Shown here one piece after another: positions 1-18,385 of a stretch of 64,000 bases of DNA. Position numbers and translations under genes: made by a program. This stretch comes from the human T2T-CHM13v2.0 reference genome, Homo sapiens. Position 1 is the stretch's first letter, and the number at the start of each line of letters is the position of its first letter. Location of the stretch: the NCBI RefSeq assembly GCF_009914755.1, contig NC_060928.1; one strand, given 5' to 3'. The notes beneath the pieces are model-generated. The model was not told the origin of the DNA, made no database searches, and was given only the letters and a program-made list of their open reading frames with translations.

Positions 1-177
1 TCCCGGGTAGCTGGGACTAAAGGTGCATGCCACCATGCCGGGCTAATTTTTGTATTTTTAGTAGAGATGGGGTTTCACCATGTTGACCAGATTGGTCTCG
101 AACTACTGACCTCATGATCCATCCACCTCGGCCTCCCAAAGTGCTGGGATTATAGGCGTGAGCCACCACGCCCAGCC
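1..177 (-). mobile_element. Alu (AluS-like), cut by window edge
   Basis: Antisense Alu motifs: ctaatttttgtatttttagtagaga, cctcccaaagtgctgggatta, gagccaccacgcccagcc. Confidence 0.95.
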
Positions 178-1004
178 TGAAATATCTATTTCTTTTGAGA
201 TTATTTTTAAAATCCCATTCGATGAATCTTTTAAAGTGAGCTAGACAAAGTGTGTGTGTACATGCATACACAGACACACAGCACCGCACACCCACAAAAT
301 TCAGAGGCTTGGGGGGGAATGTTGTTTGCTGCCAAAAGATCTAACAGAAGAAAGCTTATGTGCTGATCAAGTTTTAATAACATGGTTAACAAGAAATGTA
401 CGCCATTTAGCAAGCACACAAAGACTGTGGGTAGGAACTACTGATCCCCGGAATGTCTGGCTCCCAAGCCCATTTTCTGTCTACCTTTGGCATAGCTTCA
501 TAGTTACTACATTCAGAGAATCCAAGAGGACTGCATGGACAGATGAACCTTTATTTAAAAAAATAGCACTTCAAATAGATTAAAAGGGACAACCGTCAAG
601 TGTTCAAATTGTGAAGAAATAGTTGAAAACCTAGAGAGACTTCCAGTTGCAGTCTTCTAACCTCATTCTTTGTCCAATAGCAAAAATCCACACATCTCAG
701 TACTCCCACTCAAATTTTTTCCTACTGAGACGAAGGAAGCAATTGCAAACAGGAGACCAGACAGGGGAGAAAGCTGCATCTGATTGGAATGAGCATTGCC
801 AAGTACTTGCTAATGTGGGTTTCACTTTATGACCAAAGGTATTCTTTCAAAAATAAAAAAGGGGAGAGGGAAGCTGCATGCTTTTAAAAATTGAAATTAT
901 TTAGGGATAAAACACTAACTCCAGTGCCTTTAACAGGCAATAGCAACTTTTTTCCTCCAAAGTCAAACAGTATCCCCAGCTGAGCCTTTGTGCTACAAGC
1001 TTTT

Positions 1005-1310
1005 CAGGAGATGTTACCTAAACTTTATTAAAATAAAATAATAAGTTTAAATATAGACACCGGACTAGCCCAGTCTGTATTTTCAAGTCCACATTCTTCA
1101 TCTGAAGCACTGCATCAGGGACCCCCCTGAGTCTGCATGTTTTCAAGTTCACAGTACATGGAACCAGTTTTTCTTTTAAATTTTTTCCTCACTCAGAGCA
1201 GCCACACACAGTGGCCGTTGATGCCGGAACCTCGGGTGTGGCCTTTTCCTACAAGGCGTGGCAGGAGCTGCCCAGGGTTTCTCCTCAATGAGAATCGATG
1301 TTGTCATGCT
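1005..1310 (-). other. Putative terminal exon / 3'UTR-like unique sequence of an unidentified gene, pseudogene or lncRNA
   Basis: Minus-strand acceptor-like tgcttttttcccatccatag|AGCATG at 1311-1312; minus-strand AATAAA at 1024-1029; higher GC/CpG than flanks; no repeat recognised. Confidence 0.3.
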
Positions 1311-1369
1311 CTATGGATGGGAAAAAAGCAAGATAATACATTATATCTTTAAGTGACATATCTCCTCGA

Positions 1370-3795
<2,426 letters not shown>

Positions 3796-4005
3796 GTAAA
3801 ACATAAGTGGTCCAAACCAAAAGGCAGAAATGTTTAGACTGGATGCAAAAAAACAAAACCAAATTACATCCTACTAAAATGAAGAAACTTTAAATATAAA
3901 GGTACAAATAGGTTAAATGTAAGAAAATGAAAGAAGATATATCATATTAATATGAGTCTAAAGAAAGCAGGAGTATCTTATTAAAATAAGACAATGTTGA
4001 TTTTA
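3796..4005 (+). mobile_element. Old L1M ORF2 endonuclease-region fragment
   Basis: aaaggcagaaatgtttagactggat...tttaaatataaaggtacaaataggtt...aagaaagcaggagt resembles the L1M ORF2 5' region. Confidence 0.65.
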
Positions 4006-4014
4006 TTTTACCTT

Positions 4015-4207
4015 TTAATTTTGTTTTGTTTTTGTTTTGTGGTTTTTGTTTTTGTTTTTATAAGGCAGGGTCTTGCTGTGTCACACAGGCTCAAGCACAG
4101 TGGTACAATCACAGCTCACTGGACCTCCCAGACTCAAACAATCCTCCCACCTCAGCCTCCTGAGTAGCTGGTACTACAGGTGCACACCAACACACTCAGC
4201 TAATTTT
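4015..4207 (-). mobile_element. AluJ right arm / FRAM-like monomer
   Basis: (TTTTG)n tail then gggtcttgctgtgtcac...atcctcccacctcagcctcctgagtagctg. Confidence 0.85.
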
Positions 4208-4385
4208 CTTTTATTTTTTCTTTTCTTTTCTTTTCTTTTCTTTTTTTCTTTTCTTTTCTTTTCTTTCTTCTTTCTTTCTTTCTTCTTTTTCTTTTCTTTC
4301 TCTTTCTTTTTTTCTTCTCTCTCTCTTTCTTTCCTTCCTTCCTTCCTTCTTTCTCTCTCTCTCTTTCCTTTTCTTTCTTTCTTTC
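4205..4385. repeat. CT-rich compound microsatellite (TTTTC/TTTC/TTCC/TC)
   Basis: About 180 bp pyrimidine tract seen directly. Confidence 0.95.
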
Positions 4386-4394
4386 ATAGAGAAA

Positions 4395-5265
<871 letters not shown>

Positions 5266-5890
5266 GTTGACAGAAGTTTTGAGCAGATTCTTTACCAAAG
5301 AAGATATATTAAAATACTTATAATCATTCATTAGTTATTAGAGAACTATAAATTAAAACCACAGTTACATACCACTATCCATATATTAGAGTGGCTAAGC
5401 TAAAAAATACCAATTATACAAAATGCTGGCAGATCTGTTTGTATTAGCCAAAAGTGAAAACAATCTGATTATCCACCAACAGGTGAATGGATAACAAAAC
5501 TGTGGTATATCCATGCAATAGGAAACTACGCAGAAGTAGAAGAGAATGACCTCTTTACACATGCTATGACATAGATGAATTTTAAAATAATTCTACTGAT
5601 TAAAGAAACTAGGCCAAAAAAAAAAAACACAGAAAAGTACACATTCTGCAAGTCACTTTAAATATATTTCTAAAATATGAAATCTAATCTCTAGTGAGAG
5701 AAAGCAGATCAGCAATTGCTTAGGGATATCATGAGCAGAGAACAACAAGCAAGAGGTATTACAAGGGCATAAAGAAAATTTAGGGTAATGGACATGATAA
5801 TTATGTTGATTTTGTTGATAGTTTTTCATGTATGCATATGTCAAAAATTATCAAACTTTACATTTTAAATATGAGCACTTTATTGCCTGA
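5266..5890 (+). mobile_element. L1ME-like 3' end
   Basis: ccaaagaagatat, aattaaaaccaca, caggtgaatggataac, gaaagcagatcag, tacattttaaatatg motifs. Confidence 0.7.
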
Positions 5891-7679
5891 CAAAAAGGCT
5901 CTTAAATTTAAGAAACTCTATTTATCAAGAGATATCACAAAGTCAATAAAAAGTTGAAGGAAAGAAAACAACAAAAAGCTATGGGCCTTTTTAATTAGTA
6001 CATTCATCATTAACATAAAAGGTTCCAGCTGGAGGTGCAGAGGTTCATTGTGTCCCACGAGCAAATGGCTCAATCAGCTCTGGGGACTTCTAACCATGTT
6101 GTTTTAAGGACTGTCATAAACACCAATGTTTAATAATGGGCAACTAGAGAAAAGAATGACAGATAAGGAAAATGTCCAGTTAGATATAATAATCTCATTA
6201 ACTTTTTCTTCTGTGTTCTCACTCCAGAGAATTTATGCTGAAGGTTTAAATCTGCATGTGATGTTCAGAGCTAAAGGAATATTACAATCATGTGTTTGCC
6301 AGATGTTGTTCCACCCAGAATATATATGATGCCCTTTATTTCTCTCAATATCATATACCATTTTAAATTAAAATATTTATTTAAAGCATAAAATAATATT
6401 CTCCTATTAGGAATCATGTAATTCGTAATTAGCAATTAGAATAACAGTTATTATGTGGATTAAAAAGGTATTGAGGATTTAAATTATCGTGAATGTATCT
6501 CAAATGCTACCTTGATCACATCAGTGATAATAACCAAGTTACGCGCAACTAAGTAGATCAGAAAAAATTTTAGCTGCTTTTTAAGAATATTTATCATTAA
6601 GAGATACATCATATGCTACCTAATTGTTCTCATATATTTTTATTTTATAATTTTGATACAATACACAGTTATACTAATGGAAATAAAAATATTTCAGCCA
6701 AACAAATAGCAGGATAAGACTATGGATTTGTACATTATCTTGCCAACATTTATATGGAAGATTTTCTCTGTAGACCTTGAATTTACATAATAAATATTCA
6801 AACTCTGTGGACTGAGTGTACGTCTAGAAAACATTATAAAAGTCCAAGGCACTTTCTTTTATCTGACAAGTTATGTTAGGTTTCCCCACTGACCTAATTA
6901 TCCTTTTCCTTTGAATCACAACAGGTCTTATGTAGCAATGTAAGAAAATAGCCAAAGGTTCTTGACCCCTCTTCTGAAACTAATCAGCAAAGTACCTCCA
7001 CAAGCAAGACCATTTCAATAGCCATCTTTAATCTTTCATGAGGCTTCTGACATTCAGTTATGTCTGGATAGCTACTTCTAGATGGCATTGTTCTTTAAAG
7101 CAATCATTTTAGCAAACTTTGTCTATGTACATATCAACTCCCTTTTTACACACCAGAAAAAACAAACACGATCTCAGAATTTCATTCTTTGAGAGGAAAA
7201 GAATCCTCAAAGAAAGCAATAATTTCAGTATCAAAAAACAATTACTTCTGCACTAATCTAATAGCAGAGTGGGGCAGAGTTATGATAGGGTTGAAAATGA
7301 CTGAAAAATAACAGAAATGTGAGAAAACACAATAATAAAGCAAGGAGGAGGGGAGAAGATGAGAAAAGATTGCTTCATGGAAGAGCTCAGGGAAATAGTG
7401 AGAAAAAAAAAAACAAAAAACAGAAAAACCTTAAGTCTAAAACTGAAGAACTCTCAAGGATGGCCACTCACACAAAACTACATGTCCAATAAAACTAACT
7501 GTGCCTTTCTTAGCTTTTTACTACGCTTCAGTCAAAGTACTCATATAAAGCACATTTCTCCTCCTCTGTGGTTACCTGTATTCTGAGGTGAATAGTGTTA
7601 ACATGAAAGTTGTTCTCATACATATTTAGAAAACGTTGAGATTTACTTACAGATAGTGATACTGACATAATTTCAATAT

Positions 7680-8185
7680 ATTATAGGCTATGTCATTTAC
7701 TCTCCGGAGTGAAAACAGAAGCTACTCTAAGGAAAAAGAAATTGCTGTTAAAATTAGGTGCTTATAAAATTGTTGGAAGGGCTAAAAAAGCCAGTTCTAG
7801 TCTGGGACTCCAGAGTGATTCTAAGAATATCTGAAGTAGTCCACTTCTGAAGCAAGGCTATCCAAGGTGGGCCATAAGGCCTCCTCTCCTACCAGAGAAG
7901 GATTGGATACCAAAACTGAAACTGACACACAAAACTATAACACATGGAGGGAGCAGTGAGTTCAAAGAGCTACTACTTCTTCTAGAAAGCCAAAGAATAA
8001 ACCCTCAGCCCTGTTGCCCAATAACCATGATATTTCTGAAGAGTAGGTACAGCCAGAGTGAAGGAAGAGGGTCTCACTTGGCTATAATTTTCAGGGCTGA
8101 TGGACAACATTTAATAGGTGAAATCTAATTCACATTTAGAACCTTAGCTGCAAGGGAATTTGGAAATTTTGGTTTTAAGCATTGT
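7680..8185 (-). mobile_element. Ancient ERVL-MaLR LTR relic (old MLT1-like)
   Basis: gaaaacagaagctactct at start and ccttagctgcaagggaatttggaaat near end. Confidence 0.4.
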
Positions 8186-8949
8186 AAAATTTCCAAATGA
8201 AGGATAAGTAAAATATAGATTGAGAGACCCAATCATAATATTTTAACACATAAGGTCATATATATATTTTCAAATTTTATGTTTAGCAAAATAAAGTAAG
8301 TGTCCCATGAGTTGCCTACATATGGCACTGTAAATATGCATATTTCTGTTAAATAGTTAGTTGATTCTCCATTAATATCTATGAACTTTAGGAAGTAAGA
8401 TGGGATGACAGATGTGGGTGACATATAATATCAAGCAATTTCTATTCCACAAACTTTATTTTGGCATTCCATAACAATACAGGGCTCAGAAAATAACTGA
8501 GTCTGTGTGAATTTAAATATAATACGTGCAATCCATTAGCTAAATACAAAACACTGCTTTTTAAAGTTGGTGATTTTAATAATTGAATACATATCCCAAA
8601 TCTCATATGAAATGTGTTAAATAAAGTGAATGATTTGAAAATATTGAATAAATATTGCATCTTCCTCACATTTGCCTAAGTCTTTACACTCAGAAAGAAT
8701 GGTATTTTGATAGAAGTACATTTCGTAGGTGCCTGTTTGCATATGGATAATCTACTAGCAAAACCTTATGTGGATTAATAGCTCCTAATGCACAATAAGA
8801 TATGGACCCTTAAGGGACTTTCCATTCACACTTCTATTTCTCCATCAAAGAAAATGCAGACCAACACTTTCTTCAATTAGATTCTTTCCATGTACCAATG
8901 TAATTCCCCCCCGGAAAAGATGGTATTTTCTCATTACAAATTGACATCG

Positions 8950-9585
8950 TCACCATCACTGTTTAGCTCCTCAATACCTCTTATGTAGATAACATTATAC
9001 ATTTCTGACTTGTTTTACAACCTCTCTAATTTCCATCTCTATGCTCGCAAATTCATCTTAAAATACAGCTCGAAATCTTTCACTTCTGTGTCAACTTTTC
9101 ACTATTTTCAATGGCTCCACATGTGTATCTTCCTTTTCTGTTCAATTTCTTGGACTAATTCAGTTCAAATTTCTTAGTTTATTACTTAATATCAACTTTG
9201 TTTCCATTATCCTACTTATTTAATATAGAATTTATAAAATGTATTTCATAGCCACCGCATCATATCCAATGTATTTCCACTTCCCCACATTTTCTCATGT
9301 TGCTGTCTACCTAGAGTGTCTTTTCTTCTCCAACTCCTCCTACTGGCATGAGTTCATCCTTCATAAATTGGCTCTAGTGTCACTCTGCTAGATTTCTTTT
9401 CCAATCATCCTTGGGGTTTATTTTTCCTCTGGAATTTTACAGACATATTTTGGAGCTTCTTATGGCATATGCCAGTCTATTTGTTTAGTAGTTATTTTGT
9501 GTCCCTTACTACACTGCAAGCCCTCCATAGTGCCCAGTATAATGCCATATTCTGTGGCACTAACTTGCTATTGATTGAATATACA
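8950..9585 (+). mobile_element. L2 relic
   Basis: ttcaatggctcc, atccttc...tgtcac, and L2 3'-end-like catagtgcccagtataatgcc...ttgattgaat. Confidence 0.55.
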
Positions 9586-10544
9586 TATTCATAAATTAGT
9601 CTGGAGAAAAAACTTTTATCTGCTTATTAAAAACGTGAAAACCACTGAAATTTCAGTCTTTTTTTTTCTTTTTCTGGCATCCTACAGAGTAGCTTAAAGC
9701 CATTTTGCAATTTTCTAACTAAGAAATAAGTCATACGTAGGTTTTTTCTTATTACTTCCCATAACTTACTTTGTAGAATTCTGAGCTTTGATTACAAATC
9801 AGAGTTCAAAGTTTTCAAATTCAGAAGAAAAATTGTATTGGGGTTACATGACAAAATCAATGAACAACCAGATTTAAAACAGCAATTTATAAACTACACA
9901 GTTGTTTGTTTGCGATAATTAACTTTATCTACTTCTTAGAAATGTTTAAATCAGTTGCTATTTTAGTATTTAAAAACTATTTATCAAATTAATTTTTAAG
10001 ACACAAAAATGTACTTCTTGTGAAAGCTGAAAATAAATAAATAAACAAACAAGTAAATAAAAAACATTCATCGACAGGTTTTCTTATTTTAATTCAGGAG
10101 CACTGATAAAAAGTCAAATAGACTCCCAATGCCCACATGTCTATTACTTTACACATATTACTTGAAACATTATATTTTAAAAACTAATGTAAAATTATAC
10201 ATAATAAACTATATGTGTAATTTTAGTTTTTTGAAGATTATATAAAATAATTTAAATATTTAAAATAATATAAAGCTACTAATATAAGTTGGGGAAAGTC
10301 AGATTTATTTTATTGTCATTTATCCAGAATGTTAGAAGCCAGTTTGCATAGAATAATGTTGAACACAAATATAATGTAATTTAAACACCAGGGAAAAGAA
10401 AACACTGTAAGTTGCCTCGAATACTTATTTAGGCATTAGGCTGAGACTTAGAAGCCCAACATTATATGCAGGGCAGCACTGCAAATGGGAATTTTTTCAG
10501 TTTTTTTAATTTGAAAATTTAAGAATAATATTATTTACATCCTG

Positions 10545-10870
10545 AATATTTTAAATCAAACTCTCTTCTCTACTTTTGCTTCCTTAAGAAATTCTCCATC
10601 CCAGCCATTGCCACAGTTTTAACATAGACAGTCATCATTCTCACCCCTCTGACCTAAAGAGCTTTTTAATCTACCTCCAGCCTCATCGTTGTCAATTCTC
10701 TCTTCTACATTGCATTTAACAGATTATTCCCTATTGCGTATATGATAGACATTTCCTTATTTTAAATGTTTTAATAAATGTCTGTATTTATAAAAATAAA
10801 TTCGAAGTTCATCCTGTACATGACTTAATGATCTCAGTCTTACATACTTTATCCAGCCTCATATTTATCA
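10545..10870 (+). mobile_element. L2 relic
   Basis: ctccatcccagccattgccac...catcattctcacc pattern. Confidence 0.4.
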
Positions 10871-11239
10871 TCCCATCTTTGATTTTCTTTGAGCAGTTCA
10901 AAAACTATGTATTCCACCTGATCCGAAATAGCTATTCGAGACTTTCTGTTCTCTGAAAACTTAGAATCACACCATTGGCCAAAAACAATTAGTTGGTTAT
11001 AAGTGATCTTTCTCTTAAAGAGTTCATTAACACATTAACAAATGACATATGGAAAAAAAACCCTCAATGTTGTGTAGTGGGACAAAGCATAGTAAAATTT
11101 AAACACAAATTCAATGACTTTTATAAGTATATATTGTGAAAATATGAAAGGTCAGGCACAAGTAAGTCTTTAAGATTTCAAGACCAAGAAACAGTTCATA
11201 AAAAAACTCAGTCTCCAAAGAAGGAAAAGTTGGACTTTG

Positions 11240-11719
11240 CAGTCATATAAAAAGCCACCACATGTATAAACTCAGGGTTTAACTTCTCGTTTTCAACTTC
11301 AGAAATGGTTTTATGTTGTTTGTTTGCTTCATACTGCTTTGCCTTTGTTGTTGAATGTGTTAGTGAAATTGAGAGGAATTAAGGATTTGGCATTGACAGT
11401 AAAGGCAGCCTTCTCAGCCCTTGCAGGGGTCAGAATGGGGACAGAAAGGAGAGCAGTTTATAGTTCAAGGTAAGGACAGCAGGGAGGCAATTGGTGCCTC
11501 AAAACAGACCTAAAAGTATCTGGTTAAGTGCAAAGTGAAAAGGCAGAAGGAGGCTGCAGCATGGATTGAACCAAGAGCAAATTTGAAAAAAAAAAAAAGG
11601 TGGGGGAAGAAAGAAGAAGAAGGAGGAGGAGGAGGCGGCGGCAGAGGAGGAGGAGGAGGAGGAAAAAGAAATTTCTTAAATATTGTGGAGAAAGTCGACA
11701 TTGAAAGTGGAGCGTAAGT
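11240..11719 (+). promoter_or_regulatory. Candidate promoter and non-coding first exon
   Basis: TATAAAAA at 11246-11253, purine-rich leader with GGA/GGC repeats, consensus donor AGC|GTAAGT at 11713/11714, in a repeat-poor block. Confidence 0.35.
11586..11670 (+). repeat. Polypurine tract: A-run, (GAA)n, (GGA)n, (GGC)3, (GGA)n
   Basis: Seen directly. Confidence 0.95.
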
Positions 11720-14047
11720 CAACCCTGAGTTCTCCTTGAGAAAAAAATATATATATTTTCTGAAAACAAAAACAAAGCCCTCTTCCTGCATTCTTGATTT
11801 CACATGAAATTACCTGAAAAATTTTGCAGGCACGGCTTGTCTCTATGGGTATTACAGCTATCTAAAGTAGGTCACTTTGAAATAATTCTTTATAAATGTT
11901 CTTGTTCATTCAGAAACACTATGATAAAAATAATATAACTCATAAGTAGAAGGATGCCAACTGTTCATGAAAGGTAATTTTTACCTTCCTGTGTGCATGA
12001 GCGTATGAACAAACTGAATTGAGAAGAGATTGCAAAGAAACAGAAATGGTGTTTCATTTGCTGACTTCTGATGTGTGTTGTTTATAATACATAAAAAGGG
12101 TAAGAAGAGAAGTTTCACAACTTCATGAAATTTCATACGTGGAATTTCACAGCCGGGAGAATGATGAGGGAAGCAGATGGCATAATCATTTATTAAAAAA
12201 TCAGCCACTTTCTCATATATTTGATAGCTCTTTCTTCATTCTTTGGGATTTGCATTTTAAATGATTAAGGATACAGTAAGACAGCATGAAACCTCATTAA
12301 CAAAGATATATCTTCCGGCCTCTACCTGAAGGGAAAGTGGTGATTTTTCCACCTCATAGCCCTCAGTTTAAATACCTGCTGATTTGTTTTATCTCTACTT
12401 ACTTCAAAGTATTTCAGCCACATTAATGCAGCTTTTAACTATAGAAAATCAAGCTTTTAGCTATATCCTAAAACAAACCAGAACATTTTTCATTTATGAA
12501 GTTTCTATTGTCTATGGCAATATGTAATATATGAGGTTAACCAAGTGCTTCCCTTGATGCTAACATAAGAGAGGATAAACACATCTCTATGATTTTTGAA
12601 GTTAATTATGAGAACTACATAGCAGATTTGGTTTTAAACAGATGTGGTGTCTTTACTGCTTTGATGTAAGATACTATAGCAATAGTGGTGGTAGACAGTA
12701 TACATTCTCACTGTACATATAACAAAGCAATGTAATAATTAAGGTTTAATCAGAGCACTCTCCTGTGGCTTTCCCAATGACTGTTGAGGCAATAATGACA
12801 TTATAGATTAGATAGCAAATTGCAACAAAGTTAGGCAACAGCATCATAAAAAAGCAATATTGATGTATAAAAAAATTAGGTAAACTTAGTCAATGAAGCA
12901 TAACACCTTATTCATATTAACCTCCAGCAGGGCCCTCGCAGTCCCAGGCACTGATCCAATCATTTGCTTGCCTAAGTATTTTCCACCTTCTATGCATCAC
13001 TTACTTCTTCTCTCTAACACCCACTCTGTTCTATAGCAATGCTTTGTGTTCTCTCTTTTACAAGGTAAATACTGAGAAAAAGAAGTGGGAGGCGATTTTC
13101 AGCAAAAGACAGTATTAAAGCAGTTAAAGCTGCAGGCACATGAAAAGCATTAGAATCTGTGGGCTGTTTTCATACCTGACTCAGTCCTAAGAAGTTAATT
13201 AAAGCATGGCAATCCTACCGACTTCACAGAATAGTGGATGTCCTAGGAGCATAAGTTCTTCTAGTTGCTAGTTAAGATCAAGGAGAATACTAGTGTGTGC
13301 TTTTGTGGTTGCACACTTGCGTTGGTGTTTGTATGTGTGTTTTCTTTGGATGGTTTACTTTATTTTTTATTGTAATGGTGATTACATTCAAATAAAAATT
13401 TTTCAACCCTACTTCCATGATAAAAATATATATATTTTATAAGCAATAGTGAGCATTGAAGTCAGTGAAGATAATAATAGTTGTCATTCTCAGAAAAGAA
13501 AAAAAGAGTATTTAATCTGGATGAATCTGGGAATATGAGAGCAGAGGACTTAGGTGACCTCTATAGATTCCACTGAGAAGTTTTATATCCCAATTCCTGT
13601 AAAAATATAAAGAATGATTACTGTGTGTCTCAATACTTTACCCTGTGAGATGATAAATAAGCCTTCAGGAGTTCCAGGAAAGTGATAGAGGGTATTAAGT
13701 CAGAGGCTCACTAGGAGACACACTGACACCTAAGATACAAAGCAAATACAATAAAACATACAAAAAAAGTGCTCAGAAATGTTTCCTTAATGTATCAATT
13801 CCCTCTAATTCTTCTGTGGCTAGTAACAATTGTCTCCACAGGTTGAAAAAGAGAAAAGTGAGCCAACCCTATTATGTTAAAATATGAAAAATAATCTACT
13901 ATAAACTTTTTTAAATGCACTTTATCTGTTAAAAATAAAAATAACTGGCTATTCAAGTGGGTCAACATCTGAATAAAATATAATTATTTTAACAAAAAAC
14001 ATGTTCATATTCAAAAGCAAATTTTTATAAACATTCCACATGCATGT

Positions 14048-16612
<2,565 letters not shown>

Positions 16613-18020
16613 CATGTACTAAATAATAGCATTGAATATTCGAAAGAAAACATTAATTCAAGAAGAAAAATATAAGCATTTGTGTTTTTTATTAATCATG
16701 GAAATCAGTTTCATTCTACAAAACATTTTTCATAACTTTTCATAAGTTGCTTTGTTGCCAATCAATCCAGGGCTTTTCATAGAAAACATCACAATAAACA
16801 GAGATAGTGCTGGCTTTGTTTCTAATACTCTCTCTTAATAGTGGATTATACTAGAACAAAATCACCTACTTGCTTTGTGTCATTGGCAAAAGATTTGGTA
16901 TCCTCAAATTTGTTGTCCTACTAAAAGAAAATCTGTTTTTTATTGAAATATAGATGAACAGGTTACATGTAACTTCCTTTCTGATCAAAATTTTTATATT
17001 GTTTGATCAGTGGATAGAATTAAATGTATATTTATCTCTGTCTCTGTCTCTGCCTCTCTCTCTCTCGTCTTTCATGTTCATGCTCTATCTGCATGACAGA
17101 CACAGTAAAAACCACCAGCGCTCATTAATTTTTTAAATAATTACCTGTCCTTGAAATTTTTCTCATAGGTGTTTTATCCTCTAGATCTTTCACCTCCAGA
17201 TGTTAATGCTTGCTGGAGTCCAAAAGTGCATGATCCTGAAAAGATTTTTAAAATAATAATGCACAGAGACAAGAAGATTCAAGGTCGCTTCAAAGTTATA
17301 ACTCACAAACTATTTAAGTAATTAAAAATGAGAAAATATACCTGAATTAACTAGTAGAACTGAGGAAATTACATAAGTAATTTAATAACATTATCTGACT
17401 AATTTAGATATATGAAATTAAAGTATCTTTCCATTAACAGGATCCTCACATCTCCACTTCAACATATTTATTTTCTTTTTTTCTCTCTTCTTCACTTCTG
17501 AAATAGAGAACATGTTAGAGGGAACAAAAAGTAGAGTGCATTTAGTACAGGAAAAATATTAATTGCTTGAAAATGCAAAGTGAGGAAAGAAATCAATTGT
17601 GAGTAAACAGCACGGAATGAAACCTCTTGACCTTGTCAGATGCTTTATGGGAGAGACCCTTCAATCAGAAATGTGCTGATGCTAAATTATCACAGGATTT
17701 GATCTATCTTTTAATAATTGAAAACTCCCACTCCTGGAAGAGAACCAGTTCTCTTAACAGCCACTAATTTTTCAGAGTGGAAATTTAGTACCTGAAACGA
17801 TTGCAGATTTATCTACTAAGACTTGTATATATATTATATGGCACATCATATTCAATATTAGGCTCTGATTGTAAATAGCGACATTGTCTTTTGAGATGCA
17901 CTATTCTGTGATGTTATTATAATTCTTTAAAATGCTGTATATAGTTTAATATCTTTAGTCTCATTCCTTTAAATACCAAACCATAAACAAAGATAAATGC
18001 CATTATCTACAACATCAGTT

Positions 18021-18120
18021 GTTACATGTTGCATAAAAAGAAGATGCTACATGTTGCGTAAAAAGAAGATGTTACATGTTGCATAAAAAGAAGATGTTAC
18101 ATGTTGCATAAAAAGAAGAT
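18021..18120 (+). repeat. Minisatellite, 4 x 25 bp (GTTACATGTTGCATAAAAAGAAGAT)
   Basis: Copies 1, 3 and 4 identical; copy 2 has two substitutions. Confidence 0.97.
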
Positions 18121-18239
18121 GAATTCATCAGGTATTTTTGTACAGACATAAAATAAAGAGAAGAATAATTAAAATTGTTATTCAAAACTTTCACTTTATT
18201 TTATACGTACAATATACTTGTGTTTTAAAAACTGGTACA

Positions 18240-18385
18240 TTACTGTAAGAAAATTTATCAATGTTCATCACAATTATAAATGCACATTCATGTGGTCCAG
18301 CAATTCCATGTCTAGGAAATTATCTTCTAGATATAGTCACATATGGACATGTGTCTGAACGAAGTTACTCAATGCAGCATTATTT
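18240..18385 (+). mobile_element. L1ME fragment
   Basis: ccagcaattccatgtctaggaaattatc...tgcagcattattt. Confidence 0.55.

Noticed and set aside
6195-6330. Acceptor-like site (ttctcactccag at about 6227); similar sites at about 25695 and 29501
   Set aside because: No matched donor or canonical polyA signal; such sites are frequent in AT-rich DNA
11510-11803. Poly-Gly and poly-Pro ORFs
   Set aside because: Produced by the GGA repeat; non-ATG starts and no recognisable domain
12922-12940. CTCF-like CCAGCAGGGCCCTC
   Set aside because: Lacks the conserved GGC core positions
18021-18120. CRISPR-like array
   Set aside because: Contiguous tandem units without spacers, eukaryotic context, no cas genes
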